From: an uncultured Alistipes sp.
GTDB taxonomy: Bacteria; Bacteroidota; Bacteroidia; Bacteroidales; Rikenellaceae
Assembly (NCBI GenBank): GCA_948442615.1
Contig: CAOJSG010000004.1
Location: 7,865 to 71,864 of the forward strand
Direction of reading: 5' to 3'
Length of the DNA: 64,000 nt
Shown in pieces: positions 53,600-63,108 of this stretch. Position 1 is the first letter of the stretch; every line of letters begins with the position of its first letter. Under the pieces are notes generated by a model. It searched no databases. It saw nothing but the letters and a program-made list of their open reading frames with translations, and was not told the DNA's origin. A program made the translations under genes and the position numbers.

Positions 53600-54576
53600 C
53601 GGCGGCGTGTCAGGTCGGCCAGCGCTATGGCCACGGCGGCCTCGACGACCACGGTCGCGCGCAGCGCGATACATACGTCGTGCCGGCCGCGGATGGTCAG
53701 CGGCTCCGTCCGGTCGGTTTCGTGATTGTAGGTGAGTTGTTCGCGGCCGATGCTGGGCGTCGGCTTCAGCGCCGCGCGCACGATCAGTTCGTTGCCGTTG
53801 GTGATCCCCCCGACGATGCCGCCTGCGTGGTTGGTCGCGGTGCGGCCCGCGGCGTCGAGGATCGGGTCGTTGTGCTGCGAACCGCGGAGCCGCGCGCCCG
53901 CGAATCCGCTGCCGAACTCCACCCCTTTTACGGCGGGTACGGCGAACAGCAGGTGGGCGATCACGCTCTCGGCCGAGTCGAAAAAGGGCTCGCCCAGCCC
54001 TGCGGGGATGCCCTGCACCCGGCATTCGACGATGCCTCCCACCGAGTCGCGGTCGGCCGCAGCCCGTTGCAGCACCTCGTCGAAGTGCGCGGGGTCCGTG
54101 CAGCCTCCGATCTCGATCGGCCGGGTCTCGAACCGCACGGTGTCGGGCAGCATCTTTTTCGCGACGACGCCCGCCGCCACCAGCGTCAGCGTGAGACGTC
54201 CCGAGAAGTGGCCGCCGCCGCGCGGGTCGTTGAATCCCCCGAATTTGCGGAAGGCCGTGGCGTCGGCGTGCGAAGGCCGGAAATGGAGGGCCGCGGCGGC
54301 GTAATCCTCCGAACGGGTGTCGTCGTTGGAGAACGTTACGGTCAGCGGGGCGCCGGTCGTCCGGCCGCGGTAGAGGCCCGAGACGATGCGGGGCAGGTCG
54401 CGTTCGCGGCGCGGCGTGGTGCCGGCGGCTCCGGCGCGCCGGCGGGCCAGGTCGGCTTCGAAGTCCGACTCCGCGAGCGGCAGTCCGGGCGGCACGCCGT
54501 CGAGCGTGACGCCGATCTGTGCGCCGTGCGATTCGCCCCAGATCGAGAGGCGGAAAAGGTGTCCGAATGTATTCAT
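53596..54576 (-). CDS. aroC: Chorismate synthase
   Basis: GESHG, RPSHAD, GGGHFSGR, KPTPSI and GRHD. Confidence 0.95.
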   Translation of the reverse strand: MNTFGHLFRLSIWGESHGAQIGVTLDGVPPGLPLAESDFEADLARRRAGAAGTTPRRERDLPRIVSGLYRGRTTGAPLTVTFSNDDTRSEDYAAAALHFRPSHADATAFRKFGGFNDPRGGGHFSGRLTLTLVAAGVVAKKMLPDTVRFETRPIEIGGCTDPAHFDEVLQRAAADRDSVGGIVECRVQGIPAGLGEPFFDSAESVIAHLLFAVPAVKGVEFGSGFAGARLRGSQHNDPILDAAGRTATNHAGGIVGGITNGNELIVRAALKPTPSIGREQLTYNHETDRTEPLTIRGRHDVCIALRATVVVEAAVAIALADLTRRR

Positions 54577-54649
54577 CGCTGTCGAATGTGCGTTTGCCGG
54601 CGGTATCGTCGGTTGGCGTCGGTGTCGCCGCGAGGCGCCTCCGTCCGGA

Positions 54650-54775
54650 CAAAGATACGAAGAAGCGGGAGCAAACCCAAATCTATTTGGAGTTCGCCGG
54701 TGCGGAGCGCTTTCGGCCGGCGGAGACGCGAAAAGCCGGGATAGAAGCAGATGCCGGTTCGACTATGCAGGGACG
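54650..54775 (-). repeat. Two-unit copy of the promoter-linked structured repeat, upstream of aroC
   Basis: Reverse complement of unit 1 reads GCGAACTCCAAATAGATTTGGGTTTGCTCCCGCTTCTTCGTATCTTTG. The unit at ~54730-54775 closely matches 57020-57065. Confidence 0.72.
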
Positions 54776-54875
54776 CTCCCGTTTCCTTGTGGCCGGGATG
54801 CGGAAGGCCGGGCGCCATGCGGAGTCCGGCCTTTCGCCGATCGGCGCGTGCGGCCTCCGCGGCGGCCTCCGCCCG

Positions 54876-56987
54876 TCAGGCCAGGTACATCTTCTCCTCG
54901 TCGCCTCCGGCCTGCACGGGGAAGACCATCACGTAGCTGTTCTGCGGCAGATGCTCTTCGAGATAGCCCGGCAGACGCTGCATGGCGGTCTGGTAGGAGA
55001 TCCGGTCGCGACGGCTCATGACGACCCACACGCAGTCGTCCGGGCGGATCTCCTGCAGCAGCGACGGCATGAGCGTCCAGCTTTCGGCCGGATCGTGTAT
55101 GACGTACGAGGCGATGTCGGCCTTGCGCCGGCGTTTGCGTCGCAGGTGTTCGACGGTCTGCTGCGTGGCATGGAAGATCAGCTGCGCGCCCGTGACGTGC
55201 GCCAGGTGGCGTATCCGCAGCAGCCATGTCTGGAATCCGGCCTCCAGCTCGGCACGCCGGGGAACGATGACGACATGGCGGCGCAGGGTCTGGAGCGGCT
55301 GTGCCGGGCGGTAGACGAACGTCGTGACGTTGCTGCGGTTCAGAATGTCCGGAATGGTCTTGCCCAGCGGGGAGCCGCCCGCCGCGCCCAGCATCTCGGG
55401 GATGCGCAGACCCGGTCCGGCCGCACCGTCGCGGTGCATGCCCAGCACCAGGTCGGTGATGTTGCGTTCGCGGATGACGCTGACGATGGCGTTGACGATA
55501 TTCACGTCGTAGCGCAGCAGCCTGTGGATGTGCACGTCGGCCCCGGCTCCGGCTGTGATCGCCGTGTCGAGCAGACGGTGGGCGTGTTTCTGCACGTCGG
55601 GGTCGTCGATCTTGTTGTCGATCGCGTTCAGCGCATAGAGGCTGCGATACTTTTGTTTGGTCAGGGCGATACCGAGGCCCACCATCTCGTCGATGTCCTC
55701 CTCGTGCGACACGGGCAGCAGCAGGTGCTCGCCCGTGCGGGCCGTTTCGGCCGCCGTCTGCCGTGCGCCGCTCAGCGCGATGTGGTGTGCGCCGCGCTGG
55801 GTGGCGAATGTCGATACGGTGCAGGTGACCAGGATCATCAGAATCGTGCCGTTCAGCACGCTCTCGTTCAGCAGCCGGATCGGCTCGCCCCCGGGGTCGT
55901 AGCCCAGCACCACGTTGTAGCCCACCATGACGGCGGCCAGTGTGGCGGCTACGTGCGCCGAGCTCAGCCCGAAGAGCAGGGTGCGCTGGTCGGACGAGAG
56001 CCGGAAAGTCTTCTGCGTAAGCACGGCAGCGAGGTATTTGGCGGCTGTCACCAGCACGATCATCACCGCCGCGACCTCGAGGCTCTGCCAGTCGCGGAAA
56101 AAGGCGCGGTAGTCGATCAGCATCCCCACGCCGATCAGGAAGAAGGGGATGAAGATGGCGTTGCCCACGAATTCGATGCGATTCATGAGCGGCGAGGTCC
56201 GGGGGATCAGCCGGTTCATGGCCAGACCGGCCAGGAACGCCCCGATGATGGGTTCGAGCCCCGCGGCTTCGGCCAGGAACGCCCCGAGGAAGACCATCGC
56301 CAGCACGAAGATGTATTGAGAGACGTTGTCGCTGCACCGTTTGAAGAACCAGCGCCCGATCAGCGGGAAGAGCACGACGATCACGGCGATGCAGAGCACG
56401 ACCGAGCCGGCCAGCCGGTACCAGAACCACTCGTCGGCCTTGTCCGTGGCGATGCCGACGACGACCGTCAGCACCAGCAGCGCCAGGATGTCGGTGACGA
56501 TGGTGCCTCCCACGGCGATCACCACCGCCTTGTCGCGGGCGATGCCCAGTTTGCTCACCAGCGGATAGGCGATCAGGGTCTGCGAAGCGAACAGCGCCGC
56601 CAGCAGCACGGACGAGAGGAGCGGAAATCCGAGGATGCCGTATCCGGCGCCGATGCCGAAGAGCATGGGGATCGAGAAGGTGTAGAGTCCGAATACGGCG
56701 CTTCGCCAGCCGTTGCGCCTGAAATCGGCCATGTCCATTTCGAGGCCCGAGAGGAACATAATGTAGAGCAGTCCGGCCGTTCCCGAGAGGATGATGCTGC
56801 TGTCGCGCAGCACGAGATTCAGCCCGTGGGGGCCGATGACGGCGCCGGCGATGATGAGCCCCAGCAGATAGGGGATGCGCAGTTTGTTGAGCAGCAGCGG
56901 CGCCGAGAGGATGATCACCAGGATCAGCATGAACTTGAGGATGGGATCCTCCAGCGGCAGGGTGATGGATGTTGGTGCGAAAAGCAT
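54876..56987 (-). CDS. Cation:proton antiporter (CPA2) with C-terminal USP-like domains
   Basis: AVGGTIVTD, IIGAFLAGL and FIPFFL, many TMs, and a soluble C-terminus. Confidence 0.9.
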   Translation of the reverse strand: MLFAPTSITLPLEDPILKFMLILVIILSAPLLLNKLRIPYLLGLIIAGAVIGPHGLNLVLRDSSIILSGTAGLLYIMFLSGLEMDMADFRRNGWRSAVFGLYTFSIPMLFGIGAGYGILGFPLLSSVLLAALFASQTLIAYPLVSKLGIARDKAVVIAVGGTIVTDILALLVLTVVVGIATDKADEWFWYRLAGSVVLCIAVIVVLFPLIGRWFFKRCSDNVSQYIFVLAMVFLGAFLAEAAGLEPIIGAFLAGLAMNRLIPRTSPLMNRIEFVGNAIFIPFFLIGVGMLIDYRAFFRDWQSLEVAAVMIVLVTAAKYLAAVLTQKTFRLSSDQRTLLFGLSSAHVAATLAAVMVGYNVVLGYDPGGEPIRLLNESVLNGTILMILVTCTVSTFATQRGAHHIALSGARQTAAETARTGEHLLLPVSHEEDIDEMVGLGIALTKQKYRSLYALNAIDNKIDDPDVQKHAHRLLDTAITAGAGADVHIHRLLRYDVNIVNAIVSVIRERNITDLVLGMHRDGAAGPGLRIPEMLGAAGGSPLGKTIPDILNRSNVTTFVYRPAQPLQTLRRHVVIVPRRAELEAGFQTWLLRIRHLAHVTGAQLIFHATQQTVEHLRRKRRRKADIASYVIHDPAESWTLMPSLLQEIRPDDCVWVVMSRRDRISYQTAMQRLPGYLEEHLPQNSYVMVFPVQAGGDEEKMYLA

Positions 56988-57009
56988 AATTCGTGCGGAC
57001 AATGTAGAA

Positions 57010-57075
57010 CAAATATACGAATAAGCCGGGACAGAAGCAAACGCCGGTTCGATTGTGCTGGAATGAACGTATTTT
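57010..57075 (-). repeat. Copy of the promoter-linked repeat, upstream of the antiporter
   Basis: Reverse complement ends in CCCGGCTTATTCGTATATTTG. Confidence 0.68.
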
Positions 57076-57677
57076 TTCTACTACCGGGGATACGAATAGG
57101 CCGGATGCAGTACGGAGTCTGTTTTTGCGTTATCGGAGCGGGCGGTATTTTTGGGGCGGTTCGAACCGTGGTCCGGTATGCTTGCAGTAGAGTCTGGATG
57201 TATTCTTCGTGCACACGAAAGCTGGGGACACGACAGTAAAGAATCAACCGTCCATTGTCATTTTTCGCCGGATGAGGTTACGAATGTTTGAATTGATTTG
57301 TTGTACCAATGCAGATGTTTCCAAATTCGTGATCTGTAAATACAGAGGCTGCGATTGAAATCTTTTTCTTGGAATGACACGAGGCAAAAAGAGTGTAGAA
57401 GTAGGATGATAGTTGCCGATGGCAAAACGGAACTATCACCATATCGTCAGACGTGTCGGATGGTCGAGTTTTGCCCGACTTATTGTATCTGAAGCCGATT
57501 ACTCGGTAAGAGATACTCGGTCTGTCCACCCCCTCCAATTGCTTGACGTCATTTCTTGTCTTATGCTCGAATAAAAGCTAAAGAGCAAACTATCTGTTAT
57601 TTTGTAAATAAGATTGCCTAACCTAATATAATATTGTGTTTGTGTTCGAATGATATTCGAAATGATAGAATTTTTTA

Positions 57678-60600
57678 TCATTTATATTCTGTTTTAAAAT
57701 AAGATTTGGGCGCAAAATAATTATTATCAGATGTGTCAAAGCATCCTCCGCGGCTAGCTCGTATCTTATAGCGTTCAAGTGCGAAATAAAATTGACAAGT
57801 GTTATTCTGCAGATCATCATCCAATAAATACATATCGCTGATAAAAGTTTGATATTCATGCCCCGCGGAGTGCATAGCCCGAGCTGCGTCATAATACTTG
57901 TTGATCATCCCTTTCAAGTAGGTTTGCTTCAACATATACAAATTCTGCACCTCTATGCACCGGCGAATATTATTCTCCAGGTCATAGGCTTTAAACTCTT
58001 TTTGGTTGACAAACCATTCCTTCCAAGCAACCCAATGATAAAGACGCTTATATATAGATAGGCAAAAACTATTGGTGAATAGGCTGGTTCGAACCGTGGG
58101 TTGTATGAAATTGATAATCGAGGTGAGACAGAAAATTGAGTCTGCAATCAAAAATCCCATTAAAAATTCAGTAGTAATAGTGCGGGAGGAATGTTCTTTG
58201 ATGTTTAAACATTTGACAATCTCTGCAAAAATCTCCAAATCCAGCTTGATGGAATCGATTTTCTGGGGAATGTACATTCTTTTCCCGTTGAGCAGCCACA
58301 ACAGGCGTTCATTTAATTTGGCTTTGAACAACAGCGAGATCGCCCGGTTGTAGGTTAACGACTCATTACGCATATAGGTGAGCGACGGGCTATTGTAAAG
58401 ATAGCTTATGATGTTGAGATATTCGCTAAAAGAATCCTTATCGGTTTTGTCCGATAGCTGAGATAGCAATACTTCATAATAAACCAGCAGCAGTTCTTCT
58501 GCATCAGGCATTACGGAATTCAGTCCCAGGTTGGATAGCATGTTGAAATGAATCAATCTCGTCTTCATTTTATTCGTTTCCTTAAGTCCGGCATAATCCC
58601 GCATGCTATGAATGCTAACCAAGGCATTTCTTACAGCAGACTCCATATCTGTGCATGCCTCTTTGAATTTGCAGGTTTCCGATTCCGTATCTATTTCTGC
58701 CAAATAGCCCGAGATGATATTGAAGATCCAGGTCAGGCAGAGGATGCCTTCCTTGTGATTGGATGCCAGATTGTGATAATGCATGGCAGTCCAATAATGG
58801 AGGATTGCCCGTTCCAAATGGCTGTGGGGAGATTTTAAAAAATTCAATTGTGAGTCATTCCTCTGTGTTGGAGATTTGAAGAGGCTCGTGATGAATTTAG
58901 CTTGGATCTGATCTTCTCCGATCGCGCAACTGAGGAGGACATTTCCCATAGAGGAAAGAGCCAATGCTGTTTGTGTCAATTCATTATACCGATTTGTCAG
59001 TAGTGTCCCCTTTTCATAGACTTTCAGAAACTGGTATGCTGTATTTGCAGAGACTTCTTCCCCGGTCAATCGGTATAACAACACGGATAAACTTCGTGCA
59101 TAGTAATTGCATGCCGCACACGGAACGAGTGTTCGTTCTCCGTTTTCGTTTTGATTATTACGTCGTTGGTGGCAATCTCTTATTGACGGCCAGTGTCGTG
59201 AGATCTGCATGGGCAGACCGTTGAGAATGCTATCTATATGATCGCTCAAGGACTTTTGATCCTCATTTAACTTGAGTCTGTTTTTCAAAGTGTCGATGTC
59301 TGTCATTTCTCCATTGTATGGCTGTTCGAAAAGGGCTTTGATCTCAGTTGCCGGCTTTTTCAACACCTTCGTTCGATAGCAATAATCGAAAATCGCACTT
59401 CGCAGGTCATAGCCCCAGTTCGAAATCATGGACATTACGCTATCGGGATTGTCTTTGTACAAAACTCCGTTTTTATAGTAGAGCACATCACCGAGTTTGC
59501 GATAAAAGTCCACCCGCAACAAATATTTATCTTTGCTGTTCGTAATATGGAAAAGGTACCGAAATTCGGCTTCGGCAACTTTAATGTTATCTTTGGTTAT
59601 TCCACAGATATTATGTTTCTCCAATACGAATAGCTTGGCCAAAATGGGTAAATAGGCCAGTCGCAGGTCTTCGAATACCGACAATTTCGAGATCAGTGCG
59701 TATTTCCTCGGAGATAACTGATCACACAGATTATCTGTCAATTCATCGCCATAGGTCCAATAATGGAGGTTTCCGGGATCGTCTTCTGTCTTTTGATAGC
59801 ATTCTCGCTCGAATTTAGATTTTTTGGTTTTTTGTTTATATAATAATACGCGTTTGCAATCGGGGTTGAGATCGTTCGTGTCGTTTTCCGAACTCCGCAC
59901 AATAGAGTGGGTGAGTCCGAACGGAGATTCTTCGATTTCCCGAAAAGCGATCAGGCGCGTAGTGAGCGTATTGTATATCGTATATGCCGAATCGAGCGAG
60001 TTCCGTTTCTCGTAAGCTAAGCCGAGCTTCAGCATGACACGGGTGTAACGCATGATCTGGGAAGCAATCGATCCGATGCAGGCGCAGTCCGTGCTCTTGC
60101 CTGTTTGCATCTTCAATGTCGTATCGATTGCCAAAGCAGTCAGTCTGTATTGGGCAATTGCTTCGGTATATTCTTTATTTGCCAGGTGGATATCTCCTAA
60201 ATTATGATGAAATGCACTTTTAATGGATTCAGCGCTCGTTTGTTTTTGATGATAAAATTCGAATAGCCGGTAGTATAACTTCTTGACTGCTAAGGAATCG
60301 TCGAGCGAGAAATTAAAGATCGCGGATATTTCTTCGAATTTTTTCGAGAACAAGGATATCTCTTCGGACAGGCGCATCGGGAATTTATAGGTATATATTC
60401 CGGAGGTGATCGATGTCAAGTGAATCTGTCCGAGGTATCCGATGATTGAATCGATGAATGAACGCAATTCGGGCGAACGGTTGCTGTCGAGCAACTCGGG
60501 CATGTATTCTAAATTGCGTTTGGAGAAGCCGCAGTTGTGGTATTTGTATATATGGGCAATCAAGAAAGAGGAGGCAACGAGCAGTTTATCTCCGAACTCG

Positions 60601-62864
60601 CTCGAGGGGCTGATGATGTTCTCGAAAATAGGATTGGCGATATAATGGATAAAACCGATCTTTTGTTGGTCGGAATATCCGAAAGCAAGGTAGTAGCATG
60701 CCTCTTTCGTATTTCCCTTTCCGGTGATATGCGGGAAAGTGATGATCGACGGTGTGTACCGAATTTTTTGGTTGTTGTATTCTTCATTCGAAATGATATA
60801 TTTTTCCAGTGTAGTGATTAGTTTTTTGGGCGCACCGTTACTCATAAAAGCTAGATAAGTGACAAATTGACGCAGAAACACAAGTACAGTTTCGATTTCC
60901 TGCAAGCTCAACCCCGGTTCGTGGTCCATATCTTTCCGTATCAGTTCGGCATATTTGTCAAATGTGTATTGTGCATCCGCCTTGTGAGTCGCATCTTGAC
61001 CGGATTTGCTGGTTTTCAGTTCTGCTTCGTCATTATCGGTGCCTGTTCCGTTTTTTTGCGAACCCTTTTCGTCGTAGACGTTGTCTGGCAGCATCAGGTG
61101 TTTGCATAAGAAATATTCCGTCAAATGGGTAATATCTTTGATGTGGCGCTCGCATGTAAAAAAACTGTCCACGTTTATTACTCCGTTGAAAATACTGCTG
61201 ACGGAGTATTCTCGGTCAGATACATCTGCCAGATAGGCATCATACAATTCATGTCCGGCGATAAATATGAATTTGGCTTTTGCTGATGTAATGAAGAATT
61301 TAAGTTGCCCGAGCAGGCTTAGAATACGGTGTTTCTTTTCATTGACTGAAATATCGTCTGAGACCCCGTTTTCGTTTACGGTGAATTCGGGATAGACAAT
61401 ATTCGCATTTGCTTCCGAGGATTGTTTGCAACTCAATTTATCCAGTTCGTCGAGGATAACGATCATCCGACAATTCAATATTTTGGAATCATTGATCTTA
61501 TGGATGATATTGATCAGTTGTTGTTCGATTTCACGAATCGATGCGGGGCGGTAATTTTTAGTCGTTCGTCGTGAAAGAGATATATTGAATACCGACATGC
61601 TGACATTGCCTTGCGGTGAACCTTTATCCTCTTGTACCGTAGCATCGATTCGCTCGCATAATTTGTCGAGTTCTTGGATTATCTCCGTCGCTTTCGGCCA
61701 ACTGCCTCCGGCATATTTAATCGTATAGTTCAGTAATAATCGAATGACCTTAGTGACTCCAAGCGCGACAAAACAAGCGATGAACATTCCCACCCAACGG
61801 GCCAATTCCTTATGTTGTATTCCGAATTGATAAAAGATGTTGTTTAAGGCTTCTAATGATCTTAATAGCAGGCTATTGTCCGTATTATCGTAGAATCTCC
61901 AGGCCACAGGCTGCAAGACCGGCAATGCATATTCGAAAAGCAGTATGCCGACAAATGCAACAATAGACCATTGAATTCCTCTGATTGCCATATACTTCAA
62001 AAAAGTATGGCCCTTCGTGTGAATGTAGGCGGAGATATGATTCCGGATCGAATAGGCAAACAGGGCTAAAACATCTTTCGTATCGCTGACTTCGTTACCG
62101 ATATTCACTTTGATCTGCAGGATGTATTTACGCTTGATAGACTCGAATTTTCGCATGAACTGCCTGCCGGCGAATAATATAATCGAGTAGACGAAACAAA
62201 GCGATGCTACGCAATATGGAATCCAATTATGCGTCGTAGGAAAAAACAGATATATGGTCACAGCATACAATGGCAATACCGTAATAAGGTCTATAAGATA
62301 GGGGTATACTGTTTTCCAGTCCTGGTATTTTCCCTTATGAGATCGTATTAGCACATATGATATCAGCAATAGGAGTATGCATGAGCCTATGATGATAATG
62401 CCTGGAATATCAATAATTGGATAATAATCGGTTGATTGTGTTGCAATAAGAACTATTGCATTCCTAATTAAGAATGAGACGGAGACACATATTATAAGTA
62501 CAATACAATAAATTATAAAATAATTTACGCCATGATGCCTATTATGGGACGTTTGGTCTTGTTCTTTAATCAGATTGTCAAGGACTTTACTTACGAAACT
62601 TGTTTTACCCATACCCCTATATCCCGTGATAAGATAGGCTCCGGTATAGTTGCCTTCTGTATCGCTCAGCCAGTTGCTGAGTTGTCGGGATATTTGTTCC
62701 CGTCCGATAAAATAAGGGTCTACATCGTTGACTTCCGAGGGGCGGTGGAAATAGCGAAATCCGGCAAGAGGAATATAGATCCTTCGTATTTTTGATGAAA
62801 AAGAATCAAATGGAGTCGAGAGTTCCTTTTGAGAGGCTGTTTGGGTCGAGGACGATGTTGCCAT
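57678..62864 (-). CDS. Large membrane-inserted P-loop NTPase (KAP/STAND-like) with TPR-like C-terminus, 1728 aa
   Basis: FIGRE (aa 52-56), Walker A GYRGMGKT (81-88), ~6 hydrophobic helices, Walker B IVILDELDK (~468-476), FIFIAG, SNGAP and TPR-like repeats. Confidence 0.85.
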   Translation of the reverse strand: MATSSSTQTASQKELSTPFDSFSSKIRRIYIPLAGFRYFHRPSEVNDVDPYFIGREQISRQLSNWLSDTEGNYTGAYLITGYRGMGKTSFVSKVLDNLIKEQDQTSHNRHHGVNYFIIYCIVLIICVSVSFLIRNAIVLIATQSTDYYPIIDIPGIIIIGSCILLLLISYVLIRSHKGKYQDWKTVYPYLIDLITVLPLYAVTIYLFFPTTHNWIPYCVASLCFVYSIILFAGRQFMRKFESIKRKYILQIKVNIGNEVSDTKDVLALFAYSIRNHISAYIHTKGHTFLKYMAIRGIQWSIVAFVGILLFEYALPVLQPVAWRFYDNTDNSLLLRSLEALNNIFYQFGIQHKELARWVGMFIACFVALGVTKVIRLLLNYTIKYAGGSWPKATEIIQELDKLCERIDATVQEDKGSPQGNVSMSVFNISLSRRTTKNYRPASIREIEQQLINIIHKINDSKILNCRMIVILDELDKLSCKQSSEANANIVYPEFTVNENGVSDDISVNEKKHRILSLLGQLKFFITSAKAKFIFIAGHELYDAYLADVSDREYSVSSIFNGVINVDSFFTCERHIKDITHLTEYFLCKHLMLPDNVYDEKGSQKNGTGTDNDEAELKTSKSGQDATHKADAQYTFDKYAELIRKDMDHEPGLSLQEIETVLVFLRQFVTYLAFMSNGAPKKLITTLEKYIISNEEYNNQKIRYTPSIITFPHITGKGNTKEACYYLAFGYSDQQKIGFIHYIANPIFENIISPSSEFGDKLLVASSFLIAHIYKYHNCGFSKRNLEYMPELLDSNRSPELRSFIDSIIGYLGQIHLTSITSGIYTYKFPMRLSEEISLFSKKFEEISAIFNFSLDDSLAVKKLYYRLFEFYHQKQTSAESIKSAFHHNLGDIHLANKEYTEAIAQYRLTALAIDTTLKMQTGKSTDCACIGSIASQIMRYTRVMLKLGLAYEKRNSLDSAYTIYNTLTTRLIAFREIEESPFGLTHSIVRSSENDTNDLNPDCKRVLLYKQKTKKSKFERECYQKTEDDPGNLHYWTYGDELTDNLCDQLSPRKYALISKLSVFEDLRLAYLPILAKLFVLEKHNICGITKDNIKVAEAEFRYLFHITNSKDKYLLRVDFYRKLGDVLYYKNGVLYKDNPDSVMSMISNWGYDLRSAIFDYCYRTKVLKKPATEIKALFEQPYNGEMTDIDTLKNRLKLNEDQKSLSDHIDSILNGLPMQISRHWPSIRDCHQRRNNQNENGERTLVPCAACNYYARSLSVLLYRLTGEEVSANTAYQFLKVYEKGTLLTNRYNELTQTALALSSMGNVLLSCAIGEDQIQAKFITSLFKSPTQRNDSQLNFLKSPHSHLERAILHYWTAMHYHNLASNHKEGILCLTWIFNIISGYLAEIDTESETCKFKEACTDMESAVRNALVSIHSMRDYAGLKETNKMKTRLIHFNMLSNLGLNSVMPDAEELLLVYYEVLLSQLSDKTDKDSFSEYLNIISYLYNSPSLTYMRNESLTYNRAISLLFKAKLNERLLWLLNGKRMYIPQKIDSIKLDLEIFAEIVKCLNIKEHSSRTITTEFLMGFLIADSIFCLTSIINFIQPTVRTSLFTNSFCLSIYKRLYHWVAWKEWFVNQKEFKAYDLENNIRRCIEVQNLYMLKQTYLKGMINKYYDAARAMHSAGHEYQTFISDMYLLDDDLQNNTCQFYFALERYKIRASRGGCFDTSDNNYFAPKSYFKTEYK

Positions 62865-63108
62865 AAGTATGCGTCTATTTTTTATTAAAAATAATATAAA
62901 ATATCTAATTGATAAAAAAAATAATTCATATTATATAATTTTATGTATAATATTCATAAATTTCAGATATGCTATATTGTATTTTCCGTGCATTCATGCA
63001 TATAGAAATAATCGAATTCCGGGGAAATGTATTTTTCAAATTATTACAGCGTTCAAAAAGCAATGAGTAGCGTTTTATATTACGTTTTTTAAGAGTATAA
63101 TTGGAAGT

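Noticed and set aside
57153-57172. GGTTCGAACC as a tRNA-derived att site at the island edge
   Set aside because: The T-arm stem does not pair properly and no acceptor-stem remnant follows
57278-57681. Small ORFs downstream of the NTPase as partner or effector genes
   Set aside because: Short, non-ATG or weak starts and no recognisable motifs. They cannot be supported, though they are not formally excluded.
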